A DNA stretch of 64,000 nt, from positions 64,001-128,000 of the forward strand of contig CAXXDQ010000005.1 of the NCBI GenBank assembly GCA_963664325.2, given 5' to 3'. This stretch comes from Desulfomonilia bacterium. Its GTDB lineage: Bacteria > Desulfobacterota > Desulfomonilia > UBA1062. This document shows, in pieces, positions 28,621-38,500 of this stretch. The notes below the pieces were generated by a model. The model did not search any database. It had not been told where the DNA came from and saw only the letters and a list, made by a program, of their open reading frames with translations. Position 1 is the first letter of the stretch; every line of letters starts with the position of its first letter. The position numbers and the translations under genes are program-made.

Positions 28621-29445
28621 TCATGCATGTTTTTGCGTAAATAATCTCCGGCGGTGTTTGTTCCTTACTGGCAGATACTCCATGTAATTATCCGGCGGTG
28701 ATATATTCCTCGGATCCATGTTTTCAATCCTGTTTTTTACATAAACTCTCGCCTGGAAATTAAGGATATTCATCCTGCGGTCAAATTCTTTCCTGAGTTC
28801 CTCATATTCCAAAGTACTCAATCCCTGCGGAACGTACATGGGCTCAAAGTCATACACGACCGCTATCCTTGAAAACGGCAACGGCAGCACAAAGCGGTCC
28901 CATGAATTAAATTCGAACGAAGGCCGGGCGTCCCATGCAAAGGGAACCAGCGGTGAACCGGTACGGGCAGCCACCTGGATTATGCCCGGTTTTGAAACAT
29001 ATGGAGGGCCTATCGGACCGTCGGGTGTAAAACCCCCGTAATGGCCTTGCTTAATGAACTCCACCAGATCGTTCATGGCCTTTGTCCCGTTTTTTGTTGT
29101 CGAGCCCCTGAACGATTTCATGCCCAAACGATCGATAATGCGGGCGATGATCTCGCCGTCTTTTGATTCTGAAATGAGAGTCGCCCCGCCGCAATTCTTG
29201 AAGTGATAGGCATAATAAAAGATTCCTCTGTGCCAGCATGGGAACAGGATATCCTTTCTTTCTCTGAGCAGGCTTGTTTCTATTTCCCCGCCAAATACTT
29301 CCACCCTGCAGGTGCTGCAAAGGGCTGAAATGAAAGCGGCGCCGAGAGGGTATATAACCGGGCCCGCTGCTTTGAAAAATCCAGATTTATGGAAAAAAGC
29401 AGTGTTAATATCCGTACCTCCCGCTCCTGACCATACAGTGATCAT
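28621..29445 (-). CDS. DUF374 lysophospholipid acyltransferase-family protein
   Basis: WH, S.SKDGE, RGS, TPDGP.GP, SWD.F..P.PF motifs; start uncertain. Confidence 0.85.
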   Translation of the reverse strand: MITVWSGAGGTDINTAFFHKSGFFKAAGPVIYPLGAAFISALCSTCRVEVFGGEIETSLLRERKDILFPCWHRGIFYYAYHFKNCGGATLISESKDGEIIARIIDRLGMKSFRGSTTKNGTKAMNDLVEFIKQGHYGGFTPDGPIGPPYVSKPGIIQVAARTGSPLVPFAWDARPSFEFNSWDRFVLPLPFSRIAVVYDFEPMYVPQGLSTLEYEELRKEFDRRMNILNFQARVYVKNRIENMDPRNISPPDNYMEYLPVRNKHRRRLFTQKHA

Positions 29446-29794
29446 ATACAGTATTTTTCATTTGGAATAAATATCCGGAAAACCAAATCATTATGTTAAT
29501 CATCAAATAAAAGCCGCTATGGCCGCCCGAGCTCAATCATTGCTCAGACCCGCCATAAAAGAATTTCAGCATGTACTGCCGCCCTGTCCGGACCGAACAT
29601 AACAGGCGGGTTTGGCATAAAGCCGGATCCATCAAATGTTTCAACAGAATAAGGTCATGCCAACGGGTGAAAATATACTGGCGGTTAAACGGATTCGGCA
29701 ACCGGATTATTAGGGTAATTTCATTTGACTTGATGGATTTTAGCCCGTAACCTGAAATTTCAGACTTAATCCGAAACCCTTGAAGGAGGAAGAC

Positions 29795-30973
29795 ATGCCA
29801 CTGAAGAGGCTCCTGGCCAAACGGACAGAAAACATGGGAGCAAGCGCGATCAGGGAAATCCTGAAGGTCGTTTCCCAGCCCGGCATGGTCTCTCTTGCAG
29901 GCGGCATACCGGCGCCTGAAAGCTTCCCCCTTGAAATAATGACCGAACTCACCGCCCGCGTGATCGAAAAATACGGCAGTCAGGCCTTCCAGTACGACCT
30001 GACAGAGGGATTCACGCCCCTGAGGGAAATCCTGGCTGAGTATCTCAAAGAAAGGGGCGTCAAGGCGAAACCTGATGAGGTGATCGTGGGCACGGGCTCG
30101 CAGGGATTTCTCGATGCTATGGGAAAGGCCCTGATCACACCGGGTGACAAAGTGGCGGTGGAGGCCCCGACATACCTTGGCGCCATTCAGGCGCTTAACC
30201 CTTACGAGCCGGATTATATAAGCATCGCAACCGACGACAGCGGCGTCATTCCTGATTCGCTTGAAGAGGTGCTGAAAAACAACGAAATAAAGCTCATTTA
30301 CCTTGTACCCACGTTCCAGAATCCGACCGGCAGGACCATAACGCTTGAGCGGAGAAAGAAAATCGCCGCCCTGATCATAAAGTACAGGGCCCTGCTCATA
30401 GAAGACGACCCGTACAGCATGCTCCGCTACCGCGGAGAGCCCCTGCCTCCCATCAAGACCCTTGCGCCGGACAACACGGTTTATATAAGCACGCTTTCCA
30501 AGGTCTTTGCGCCGGGATTGAGGCTCGGCTTCTGCGCGGCTCCGCCTGTGATCCTCAGATGGCTGGTGCTGGTGAAACAGGGCGTCGATCTCCATACGAG
30601 CACATTCAACCAGGCCCTGGCAGCCGAATACATGGCAGGCGGCTATCTTGAGCGGCACCTTCCGAAGATACTGGGCATCTATAAACCGAAGCAGGAGGCG
30701 ATGCTCAGTGCCCTTAGCATGTATTTCCCAGCCGATTTTTATTTTTCAAGGCCCGAAGGCGGCATGTTTATCTGGGTGGCAGGCAACCTTGACATGGATG
30801 TCGTATATGAAAAGGCAATAGAGAAAAATGTCGCATTCGTTCCCGGCAAATATTTCTTTACCAAAAAAGGAGAGGGAAAAGGCACCATGCGGCTCAATTA
30901 CACAATGAGCGATGAAGCGACTATTGACAGAGCGATAAAAACACTTTCCGGTGTAATAAGAAATTTCAAATGA
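29795..30973 (+). CDS. PLP-dependent aminotransferase class I (2-aminoadipate transaminase-like)
   Basis: SAIREIL, SLAGG.P, FQNPTG, EDDPY, TLSKVFAPGLRLG. Confidence 0.92.
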   Translation: MPLKRLLAKRTENMGASAIREILKVVSQPGMVSLAGGIPAPESFPLEIMTELTARVIEKYGSQAFQYDLTEGFTPLREILAEYLKERGVKAKPDEVIVGTGSQGFLDAMGKALITPGDKVAVEAPTYLGAIQALNPYEPDYISIATDDSGVIPDSLEEVLKNNEIKLIYLVPTFQNPTGRTITLERRKKIAALIIKYRALLIEDDPYSMLRYRGEPLPPIKTLAPDNTVYISTLSKVFAPGLRLGFCAAPPVILRWLVLVKQGVDLHTSTFNQALAAEYMAGGYLERHLPKILGIYKPKQEAMLSALSMYFPADFYFSRPEGGMFIWVAGNLDMDVVYEKAIEKNVAFVPGKYFFTKKGEGKGTMRLNYTMSDEATIDRAIKTLSGVIRNFK

Positions 30974-30998
30974 TGCTCCATTGCCGGTAGGGATAAAA

Positions 30999-32378
30999 AT
31001 GGCTCATAATGACTATGACGTGATAGTGGCCGGGGCAGGCCCGGGCGGGTGTGTCGCCGCAATGAAGCTGGCGCAGGCCGGTCACAGGGTGGCACTGTTC
31101 GATTCTTCTGATGAGGACAGACTCGGCAAACCAATAATTGTCGAAGTCGAGAGGTCGATATTCCCCTTAGCCGGTGTCGATGCACCGTCCGGAGATATGG
31201 TGCCCTATCATGCCCGGGGCATGCGCTACATTTCGGCCCGGGGCAGGAAGGCCTTCAGCCTTGAAGACAAAGAGAACAGGCTGCCTGTCAGCCTTTACCA
31301 GGACCGGTATGTCAGAAGCCTGCTTGAAAAGGTTATCCGCTCAGGTGCAGTATTTGTAGGCGGGCAAAGGGTCGTTGCCCCGGTTCTTTCATCGGGCCGT
31401 GTAATAGGCGTTGAAACCGGGTCTGCGAAAGGCGGCGGCATCCATACTGCAAAAATAACAATCGACGCAACCGGCTTTCAGGCCGCCCTTGTCAGGGCCC
31501 TGCCGGAAGAGTGGGGTTTTGAATTTCCCGATGACGAGCGGCATGTCGTAAGCGCTGAAAACAGCTACAATGAGATTGTGCGCGATGCCGCGGAAATGGC
31601 GGTGAGGCAGGGACAACATGCCGATGACGAGGTCTGGGTCCGGCTCGGCGACTACGGCCCGTATTCGACCGTTTTTTCATACCTCTCAGTGAAAAGGGAC
31701 AGGGCCTATATCCTCGTGGGCCTTAAAAAGGCCCTGGAGAATAAAATCACCGCAGGGCAGGCTGTGGATAAATTTATCAGTGATGCCGGATGGTTCGGAA
31801 AAAAACTCCACGGGGGCTCGGGGTATATCCGCATCAGGCATTCGCTCGACAGGCTGGTTGCAGACGGGTTCATGGCAATCGGAGAGGCCGCGTGCATGGT
31901 GTTTCCCATGCATGCCAGCGGCGTCGCATCGTCCATGTATGCAGGCCTGCTGGCTGCAAAAACCGCATCCAGGGCCCTTGCCTCCGGCGATACGTCCGCA
32001 AGGGCGCTGTGGCCATATTCGGCAGAATACCAGCTCACAAGGGGCAGGAGGCTGGCCGCCTATGACGTGACAAGGCTGACCATCGACACATTCACCGAAG
32101 ATGATGTCGCCGATATGCTTGAATCAGGGCTCCTGCACAAAGAGGACATGGTAAACGGGCTGCTGATCAGCGATCCTGTAATATCACCGGCCACGCTTCC
32201 TGAAAGGCTCAAGGGTATGGCCAGGCATCCGCGCTTTATACCGGCGCTTGCCAGGATGGGACTTACCCTTAATTCGGTCCTGGCGCATTATAAAAAATAT
32301 CCGGGAGAATATAACCCCGCCTCGTTCGATTCATGGCAGCGGAAAAACAAAGAACTGTTCAGCCACTGGCTTGGATGA
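30999..32378 (+). CDS. FAD-dependent oxidoreductase, geranylgeranyl reductase-like
   Basis: GAGPGG, IDATG, GEAA...P...G motifs. Confidence 0.8.
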   Translation: MAHNDYDVIVAGAGPGGCVAAMKLAQAGHRVALFDSSDEDRLGKPIIVEVERSIFPLAGVDAPSGDMVPYHARGMRYISARGRKAFSLEDKENRLPVSLYQDRYVRSLLEKVIRSGAVFVGGQRVVAPVLSSGRVIGVETGSAKGGGIHTAKITIDATGFQAALVRALPEEWGFEFPDDERHVVSAENSYNEIVRDAAEMAVRQGQHADDEVWVRLGDYGPYSTVFSYLSVKRDRAYILVGLKKALENKITAGQAVDKFISDAGWFGKKLHGGSGYIRIRHSLDRLVADGFMAIGEAACMVFPMHASGVASSMYAGLLAAKTASRALASGDTSARALWPYSAEYQLTRGRRLAAYDVTRLTIDTFTEDDVADMLESGLLHKEDMVNGLLISDPVISPATLPERLKGMARHPRFIPALARMGLTLNSVLAHYKKYPGEYNPASFDSWQRKNKELFSHWLG

Positions 32379-32464
32379 AGAAACTGTTAAGCTGTTCAGT
32401 AAATAGTTTTGCTTGAGGGCTTAACAGCTCAACAGCTTATCGGCTATATTTAAGGAGAGAATAG

Positions 32465-33556
32465 TTGATGAAAAGACAAACAGCCTTAATTTTTCTGTTC
32501 GTGCTGCTTACGGCCTGTGCCCCGCGCTATACGATCAACCACGATTATCCGAAGGAGCCGTTAAGTTTTCCGCGGGATCATGCCGCGCACTACGATGCGC
32601 AGACCGAGTGGTGGTATTACACCGGGCATGTCTTTGATGAAGACAGGAACGAATACGGCTTTGAGCTTACATTTTTCAAGAGGATAACCAGCGACGACAA
32701 GTCGCCGCTTTTGAAAATTCCCGCCTACTGGATGAAGGATGTGGGCATGGTGGCGCATTTTGCGGTCACGGACGTAAGCGATGGGAAATTCAGGTTCGGG
32801 CAGAAGATAAACCTGTGTTCATCGTGGAAGGCCGACAAGGACAGATATGACGTGGAAATCGGCGACTGGTCGGCTAAGGAAACGGGCGGCATCCATGAAC
32901 TCAGGGCAAAGATGAAAGGCTATGAAATCGCATTGAGGCTTAACCCGTTAAAAGACCCCGTTCCGAACGGTCCCGGCGGGATTATGCCGAAGGGCGGCGG
33001 GAACGCGAATTATTATTATTCGATAACGAGGATTGAAGTCACGGGCACTATCACGTTGGGCGGAAAAGAAAAAAAGGTGAAGGGCATTGCATGGATGGAC
33101 CATGAATACGGAACCATGAAAGTTGCCCGCGGCGTTAAGGGCTGGGACTGGTTCAGCATGCAGCTAAACGACGGGACGGATATAATGATTTACATGATCA
33201 AGGACAAAAACCGGGTCGTTAAGGAATCGGGCGGCACGGTGGTCGATACGTCGGGCGCATACAGCTGGCTGAAGCTTTCGGATATGGAAATCAAAGAACT
33301 CTCCACATGGCAGAGCCATAACACAGGGGCCTGTTACCCTTCGGAGTGGGAGGTTTACATAAAGCCTCTGGACCTCAAATTATGCCTGATTCCTGTAACT
33401 AAAGACCAGGAGCTGAGGCTGGCGCCCATTGATTACTGGGAAGGGGCCGTAAACATAAAAGGCAAAAGGGCCGGTGCACCGGTTATGGGAAAGGGGTATG
33501 TCGAGCTTGTGGGGTATTCGAAGAAATCGAAAGTAGGTGAAGAAAATCTTGAATAG
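32465..33556 (+). CDS. AttH/CrtC-like (lipocalin-like, carotenoid 1,2-hydratase family) lipoprotein
   Basis: Lipobox LTAC; FPRDH..H...TEWWYYTG, YYYS, AWMDHE, GWDWF, YWEG, GYVELVGY. Confidence 0.85.
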   Translation: MMKRQTALIFLFVLLTACAPRYTINHDYPKEPLSFPRDHAAHYDAQTEWWYYTGHVFDEDRNEYGFELTFFKRITSDDKSPLLKIPAYWMKDVGMVAHFAVTDVSDGKFRFGQKINLCSSWKADKDRYDVEIGDWSAKETGGIHELRAKMKGYEIALRLNPLKDPVPNGPGGIMPKGGGNANYYYSITRIEVTGTITLGGKEKKVKGIAWMDHEYGTMKVARGVKGWDWFSMQLNDGTDIMIYMIKDKNRVVKESGGTVVDTSGAYSWLKLSDMEIKELSTWQSHNTGACYPSEWEVYIKPLDLKLCLIPVTKDQELRLAPIDYWEGAVNIKGKRAGAPVMGKGYVELVGYSKKSKVGEENLE

Positions 33557-33578
33557 GGAACATTTGAAATATCATGAA

Positions 33579-34001
33579 TCAAACCTTTATGAGACCGTAT
33601 TTCTCCAATTCTTCTTTTATTTTTGCCCTTTCGACGGGCTTGTAAAGGTATGAGTTTGCGCCCCCGCGGTAGCAGGCCTCAAAGATAAATGCAGGGTTTT
33701 TTACGGCAGTGACGACGATGATCTTTACCTCGCCGGTCTTCATAACACCCATCTCGCGCTCGATCTTGCGCATCATCTTTATGGCATCTATCCCGCCTAC
33801 GCGCGGCAGCATCAGATCCATGCAAACGAGGTCATAAGGCCTTCCCATCTCCAGGGCAAGCGTGAACGCCTTCACGCAGTCCATGCCGTCTCCCGCCGCA
33901 ACGCATGTCCCGTAATCGGAAAGTATCCGCTCGAGGGCGAGTCTTGACGTCATGCTGACGTCGGCAAGCAGTATCCTGAGTTTTCCGTCGCTGTCCGGCA
34001 T
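33579..34001 (-). CDS. Single-domain response regulator (CheY-like)
   Basis: DLVCMDLMLP..GG, VTA, YLYKP. Confidence 0.85.
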   Translation of the reverse strand: MPDSDGKLRILLADVSMTSRLALERILSDYGTCVAAGDGMDCVKAFTLALEMGRPYDLVCMDLMLPRVGGIDAIKMMRKIEREMGVMKTGEVKIIVVTAVKNPAFIFEACYRGGANSYLYKPVERAKIKEELEKYGLIKV

Positions 34002-34172
34002 GATACTAATATAGGGTTGTCATGAAGGCATGGAAAGGGGTTAAGAATTTTTTATTCTAGAGGTTTTCAACAAGCTCTTTTCCGGCCGGATATAAATTTT
34101 ACGGGAAATTATGCGTTTCCTTATTATCTGCGATGTGAGATATTTATTCCGGACAGGGACAGGAGAATCATT

Positions 34173-34679
34173 ATGACTGAATTTTCTAAGATAATTTCAG
34201 GCTGGTATCCTTTCTATGCGACCATTGCCGGCGCCTCGGCAACATTGCTGGGGCTTCTGTTCGTGATGGTTTCCATCAACAGGGAGCACCTGGGCCTTGA
34301 AGAGAATTCAAAGCTCGTGTCACTTGCAAAGCAGACCTTTATCAGATACCTTTTCATCCTTACATTTTCATTAACGATGCTGGTCCCGAGGAAGACCCCT
34401 GCAAGCCTGTGCATTCCCATAACCGGCCTCGGCCTCTTCGGGCTGCTTAATATAGTAAGAGAGATAATTCCCAATTTCAGAAAGACGAAAATCATTGCTT
34501 CAATCAGGGATTACGCATGGTCTCTGCTGGCATTTGTCCTGATGATTACGTCTTCGATTCATGTAATTATCTATGCGGATACAGACAGTCTTTTTCATAT
34601 GGTAACCGCACTTTTCATGCTTCTGGTTTCAGCGACGAAAAGCTCCTGGAAACTTCTTACCGAAATCAGAAAAACTTGA
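34173..34679 (+). CDS. Membrane protein, hypothetical
   Basis: W..FY....GASATLLGLLFV motif; several hydrophobic segments; RBS AGGAG. Confidence 0.7.
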   Translation: MTEFSKIISGWYPFYATIAGASATLLGLLFVMVSINREHLGLEENSKLVSLAKQTFIRYLFILTFSLTMLVPRKTPASLCIPITGLGLFGLLNIVREIIPNFRKTKIIASIRDYAWSLLAFVLMITSSIHVIIYADTDSLFHMVTALFMLLVSATKSSWKLLTEIRKT

Positions 34680-34681
34680 TG

Positions 34682-34912
34682 TTATCCGGATAAAGAGCCC
34701 TGTCCCGGTTCTGAAGAACCCTCGTCAATCGATTTGAGTATTTCCGTTATTTCCGTCTCTGTCGATTTCAGACTCTGCCTTAAAAATTTAATCATCTCTG
34801 AAGCCGCCCTGACATTTTCCCCAAGTCTGTCTATGGGGATATCACCGTTGTTTATCTTCTCAACCAGCGCCTCAAGATCGCTCAGGGTTTCGGAATAATT
34901 TTTTTTCTTCAT
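34682..34912 (-). CDS. xseB: Exodeoxyribonuclease VII small subunit
   Basis: YSE.L..LE..V..I..G.I.ID pattern; overlaps xseA stop. Confidence 0.85.
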   Translation of the reverse strand: MKKKNYSETLSDLEALVEKINNGDIPIDRLGENVRAASEMIKFLRQSLKSTETEITEILKSIDEGSSEPGQGSLSG

Positions 34913-36225
34913 TTTATCTCCCTCGATTCGACAATGCTCGTAAGGCTTCCGTGGTAAAGTACGGTCTTCAGCCTTTCGCCCTCTTGCGCAGCGGCGGCAT
35001 CCGTAAGCGGGCTGCCGTCAGGACGCAGGCTCATGCTGAATCCCCTTTTCAGGATAGAAGCCGGGTCCACGACCTTTACAAGGTTTTCATATTCAATAAG
35101 CCTTATGCCGGCAGCCCTTATGATAGCGCGGACAGAAGGGCTTATTGAACTTTTAATGACTGCAAGCCTGCCTGACGCACCTGAAATGGTGCGGGCTGAG
35201 GCCATGCCCAGGTTCCTGAGCCAGGTATGAAGGAGGCCCTCGGCGGTCTTTGTCATACCCGAAACAGACAGCGAAACCCTGTAGGCAAGCATTTTGAGCC
35301 GGTCCCAGTCCCTTTCAAGCAATGATGCCGCAGAGTTCTCAAGCACCGTACCCGCTTCATCGATCCTGAGCCTGAAACCGTCAAGCACTGATACGAAGAA
35401 CCTTGCCGTATCAGTCGGGGTCACGAAATGCCTGTACGAGACCATATCCGCCACGCTCAGGTCTATTTCATGCCCGATGCCTGTCAGAACCGGATATGCA
35501 GCCCTGGCGACAGCCGTGCAGATTGTAATATCGTCGAAGTATGAAAGGTCCGTCCTTGAACCCCCGCCGCGGACAATCGCGATTGCATCCGGCTTGAGTT
35601 TTTCAAGCGCGGCGATTCCGGTTATGATGTCCTTTGAAGTCTGCTCGCCCTGCATGTAGGCGTTGAAGAGAAGTATCTTGAAGGCATAGCCGCTTTCGTT
35701 GAGAATACTCGTAAAGTCCTTATAGGCGGCGGAACCCGCCGATGTTATCAGACCTATCCTTAAAGGACAGTCGCTTAATGAAAGGCCCTTGTTCCTTTCC
35801 ATCAGGCCGGACTTTTTCAGCTCGTCTATCGTCTGCTGCCGTTTCTTAGCCATGGCGCCAAGGCTGTAGGAGGCATCGATATCGTTTACGACAAGCTGGT
35901 ACTTGCCCTCCTTGACATATAGCTCCACCGACGCCCTTACTTTCACCTCGAGCCCGTCGGCCAGAGTGAAAGAGGCCAGTCCTTCCCTTCTCAGCCTGGC
36001 CTTCCATGACAGCACCGAACCCTTGAAGAATGCGCAGCCGATCCTGGCGATGTACTGCCCCGGGTTTCGGGCGTCTTTTTCCACGATGTCGAAATATGCA
36101 TGGCCTGAACGGTCATGCAGCTTGAACCCGTGTATTTCGCCAACCACCCAGGTGTCTTCGCCGAATGTTTCGTCAAGTAAAGACCTTGTTAGGTTGTTAA
36201 GCTGGCTTACGCTGTAGCAGTTCAT
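34909..36225 (-). CDS. xseA: Exodeoxyribonuclease VII large subunit
   Basis: SVSQL, GHAYF, IGLITS, RGGGS, TGIGHEID, TPT, LKRGFS motifs. Confidence 0.93.
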   Translation of the reverse strand: MNCYSVSQLNNLTRSLLDETFGEDTWVVGEIHGFKLHDRSGHAYFDIVEKDARNPGQYIARIGCAFFKGSVLSWKARLRREGLASFTLADGLEVKVRASVELYVKEGKYQLVVNDIDASYSLGAMAKKRQQTIDELKKSGLMERNKGLSLSDCPLRIGLITSAGSAAYKDFTSILNESGYAFKILLFNAYMQGEQTSKDIITGIAALEKLKPDAIAIVRGGGSRTDLSYFDDITICTAVARAAYPVLTGIGHEIDLSVADMVSYRHFVTPTDTARFFVSVLDGFRLRIDEAGTVLENSAASLLERDWDRLKMLAYRVSLSVSGMTKTAEGLLHTWLRNLGMASARTISGASGRLAVIKSSISPSVRAIIRAAGIRLIEYENLVKVVDPASILKRGFSMSLRPDGSPLTDAAAAQEGERLKTVLYHGSLTSIVESREIK

Positions 36226-36331
36226 GTTTCATGAGATAGCAGACAATCCGAGGAGTAATCAAGCATTCGCTGATTGACCCACTTTTTAAAATATGGGATA
36301 CGTGCTCGTAAGCCATTTAAAAGAGGTTCCT

Positions 36332-37105
36332 ATGGAATACAGTCTGATCAAGATAGAGGTCGAAAATCATATTGCCATTGTGGAAATGAACCGCAAGAAA
36401 GAGCTGAATGCGCTTAACATGGCCATGATGAGGGAGCTTGACGGAGCATTTGCATCTTTCGATCAGGAGGGCAGCGATATCAGCCTTGTAGTGCTGACCG
36501 GCGGGGAGGGATGCTTTTCCGCAGGGCTTGACCTGAAGGAAGTGCCAGATCTCAACGGAGACGATTCGGCAAGGTATTTCAAGCTTTACCTTGATTTGTA
36601 TACCCGGCTGATCGACTACGAAAAGATCATGATAACGGCAGTGAGCGGGATAGCCTTCGGCGGCGGACTCAACCTTGCCCTTATGGGGGATATAATCATT
36701 GCATCTGAAAGCGCCATATTCTGCCATCCCGAGGTGAAATACGGATTCAACCCCCTCATCACGCCGCTGGTGTCGCGCATCGGCATGGCGAGGAGCAAGG
36801 AGCTTACTTTAAGGGGTGATCCCATCGGCGCGATCGAGGCCCACGACATCGGTCTGATAAACCGCGTGGTCCCGCCGGAAAGATTCAGGGAAGAGGTTAT
36901 GGCCTGGGCCAGGCAGCTTGAAAAAAGGCCTAAGGAGGCTGTTTTGGCGCTCAAGCGCTCGTTTGATGTCGTAAGCAGGCTTGATGCGAAGGCCGCCATC
37001 GAATATGAACTCGAAATATCGGCCATGCTGCTCAATGTAAGAACGAACGCCAGAAAGGAGATGAAAAATTTCATCCAGGGCAAAAAAACATCCAGGGCCT
37101 CATAA
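36332..37105 (+). CDS. Enoyl-CoA hydratase/isomerase family protein
   Basis: NR...LNAL, FSAGLDL, AFGGG..LAL..D, PEV motifs. Confidence 0.9.
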   Translation: MEYSLIKIEVENHIAIVEMNRKKELNALNMAMMRELDGAFASFDQEGSDISLVVLTGGEGCFSAGLDLKEVPDLNGDDSARYFKLYLDLYTRLIDYEKIMITAVSGIAFGGGLNLALMGDIIIASESAIFCHPEVKYGFNPLITPLVSRIGMARSKELTLRGDPIGAIEAHDIGLINRVVPPERFREEVMAWARQLEKRPKEAVLALKRSFDVVSRLDAKAAIEYELEISAMLLNVRTNARKEMKNFIQGKKTSRAS

Positions 37106-37769
37106 GTTCGACGCTCAGAAGCTTTTTAAAAAACTTTCTTCTTTCTACGGGCCTTCGGGGTGGTGGCCGGGAGAAACCCCTTTTGAAATCATCGTAGGCG
37201 CAGTCCTTACCCAGAACACCGCATGGGCGAATGTCGAGCTCGCCATATCAAACCTTAAATCATCAGGCATGCTTGATTTCGATGCATTGTATTCTGCAAA
37301 AGATGAAATCCTGGCAGACCTGATCAGGCCGGCAGGATATTTCAACATCAAAACAAGGCGCCTGAAGAACCTGCTTGATAAAATTGCCGGAGCCGGCGGC
37401 CTGGATGCTGTTTTTAAGATGGAAACAGCCGTTTTGAGAGATACGCTGCTCACCGTGAACGGGATAGGGCCGGAGACTGCCGACAGCATATGCTGCTATG
37501 CGGCTGGAAGGCCGGTTTTCGTTGTGGACGCCTACACAAAGCGCATGCTCAGCCGGCATGGATATGCATCTGAAAAAGCTTCATATCATGAGATCCGGGT
37601 CATGTTCATGAATGCGCTTATCCCGGATGTCAGCTTATTCAAAGACCTGCACGCCTATATCGTCTTTGTAGGGAAGGATTTCTGCAGAAAAACAAATCCC
37701 GGCTGCAGCCGGTGCCCGGTCTCAAGCCTTTGGGGTAATCCCTCTTATTCCGCTTTGCATTCAAGATGA
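37068..37769 (+). CDS. Endonuclease III-like HhH-GPD DNA glycosylase (start uncertain)
   Basis: In-frame WWPGETPFEIIVGAVLTQNTAW upstream of the listed ATG; GIGPETAD, VVDAYT, C..C..C..CP Fe-S motif. Confidence 0.8.
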   Translation: MSSRAKKHPGPHKFDAQKLFKKLSSFYGPSGWWPGETPFEIIVGAVLTQNTAWANVELAISNLKSSGMLDFDALYSAKDEILADLIRPAGYFNIKTRRLKNLLDKIAGAGGLDAVFKMETAVLRDTLLTVNGIGPETADSICCYAAGRPVFVVDAYTKRMLSRHGYASEKASYHEIRVMFMNALIPDVSLFKDLHAYIVFVGKDFCRKTNPGCSRCPVSSLWGNPSYSALHSR

Positions 37770-38047
37770 TGTCTCTTCGCCTTCGGCTTGAGGATCGAGG
37801 CAGGAAGCTCAAGATCCCATTTTCGCGAAGGCAAGGAGGAAGCGACGTAGGTGTACTCTGTTATGTACTCCGAGGAGCATTCCGACATGGCCGACAAATT
37901 TTCTCTACGCCTTAGGCTTGAGGAGCTAAACACGAAGCTCACGACCCCATTTTCGCATCACGAAAATTGACGCATCGAAGATGCGCCCGAAGGGTGAGGG
38001 CCGTTAATAACCCGAATCAAAGGAAGCGCTTGAATGCAAAATGGAAT
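37747..38047. mobile_element. MITE-like element with 17-bp terminal inverted repeats, carrying two internal repeat units
   Basis: attccgctttgcattca ... tgaatgcaaaatggaat; core shared with 49074-49199. Confidence 0.7.
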
Positions 38048-38499
38048 TAAAACAGTTTCCTGCTGTCCAGCAGAATTGTAACAGGGCCGTCGTTTATCAA
38101 TGAGACTTCCATCATGGCCTGGAATACCCCTGTTTTCACCTTGCCCGGCAGGAGCCCGGACATCTTATTGGCGAAGTCCGCAAACATCTGCCGGGCAGTC
38201 TCGGGCGCTTCGGCGTCCGACCAGGAAGGCCTTCTGCCCTTCCTGGCATCGCCCAGCAGCGTGAACTGGGAAATCAGCAGGACTTCACCTTGGGTCTCGG
38301 CGACACTTAAGTTCATGAAGCCCTTTTCATCGTCGAAGATGCGAAGCCCCAGGATCTTGTTCGAGATGTATTCAATGTCCGCCTGAGAGTCGTTTTTTTC
38401 TATCCCGGCAAGGCACAAAAGCCCTGTTCCGATTGAGGAGACAACACTGCCGCCGACCTCAACCGATGCCTTCCTGACCCGCTGCAAAACCGCCCGCAT
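38047..38499 (-). CDS. dtd: D-aminoacyl-tRNA deacylase
   Basis: MRAVLQRV, SQFTL, KGRRPS, NDGPVT. Confidence 0.96.
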   Translation of the reverse strand: MRAVLQRVRKASVEVGGSVVSSIGTGLLCLAGIEKNDSQADIEYISNKILGLRIFDDEKGFMNLSVAETQGEVLLISQFTLLGDARKGRRPSWSDAEAPETARQMFADFANKMSGLLPGKVKTGVFQAMMEVSLINDGPVTILLDSRKLF

Positions 38500-38500
38500 G

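Noticed and set aside
29537-30658. 373-aa - strand ORF
   Set aside because: Antisense to the clear aminotransferase gene; codon-bias shadow
37745-37942. Short ORFs here and at 48891-49172 with similar SECSSEY text
   Set aside because: Translation of the shared MITE-like repeat, not proteins
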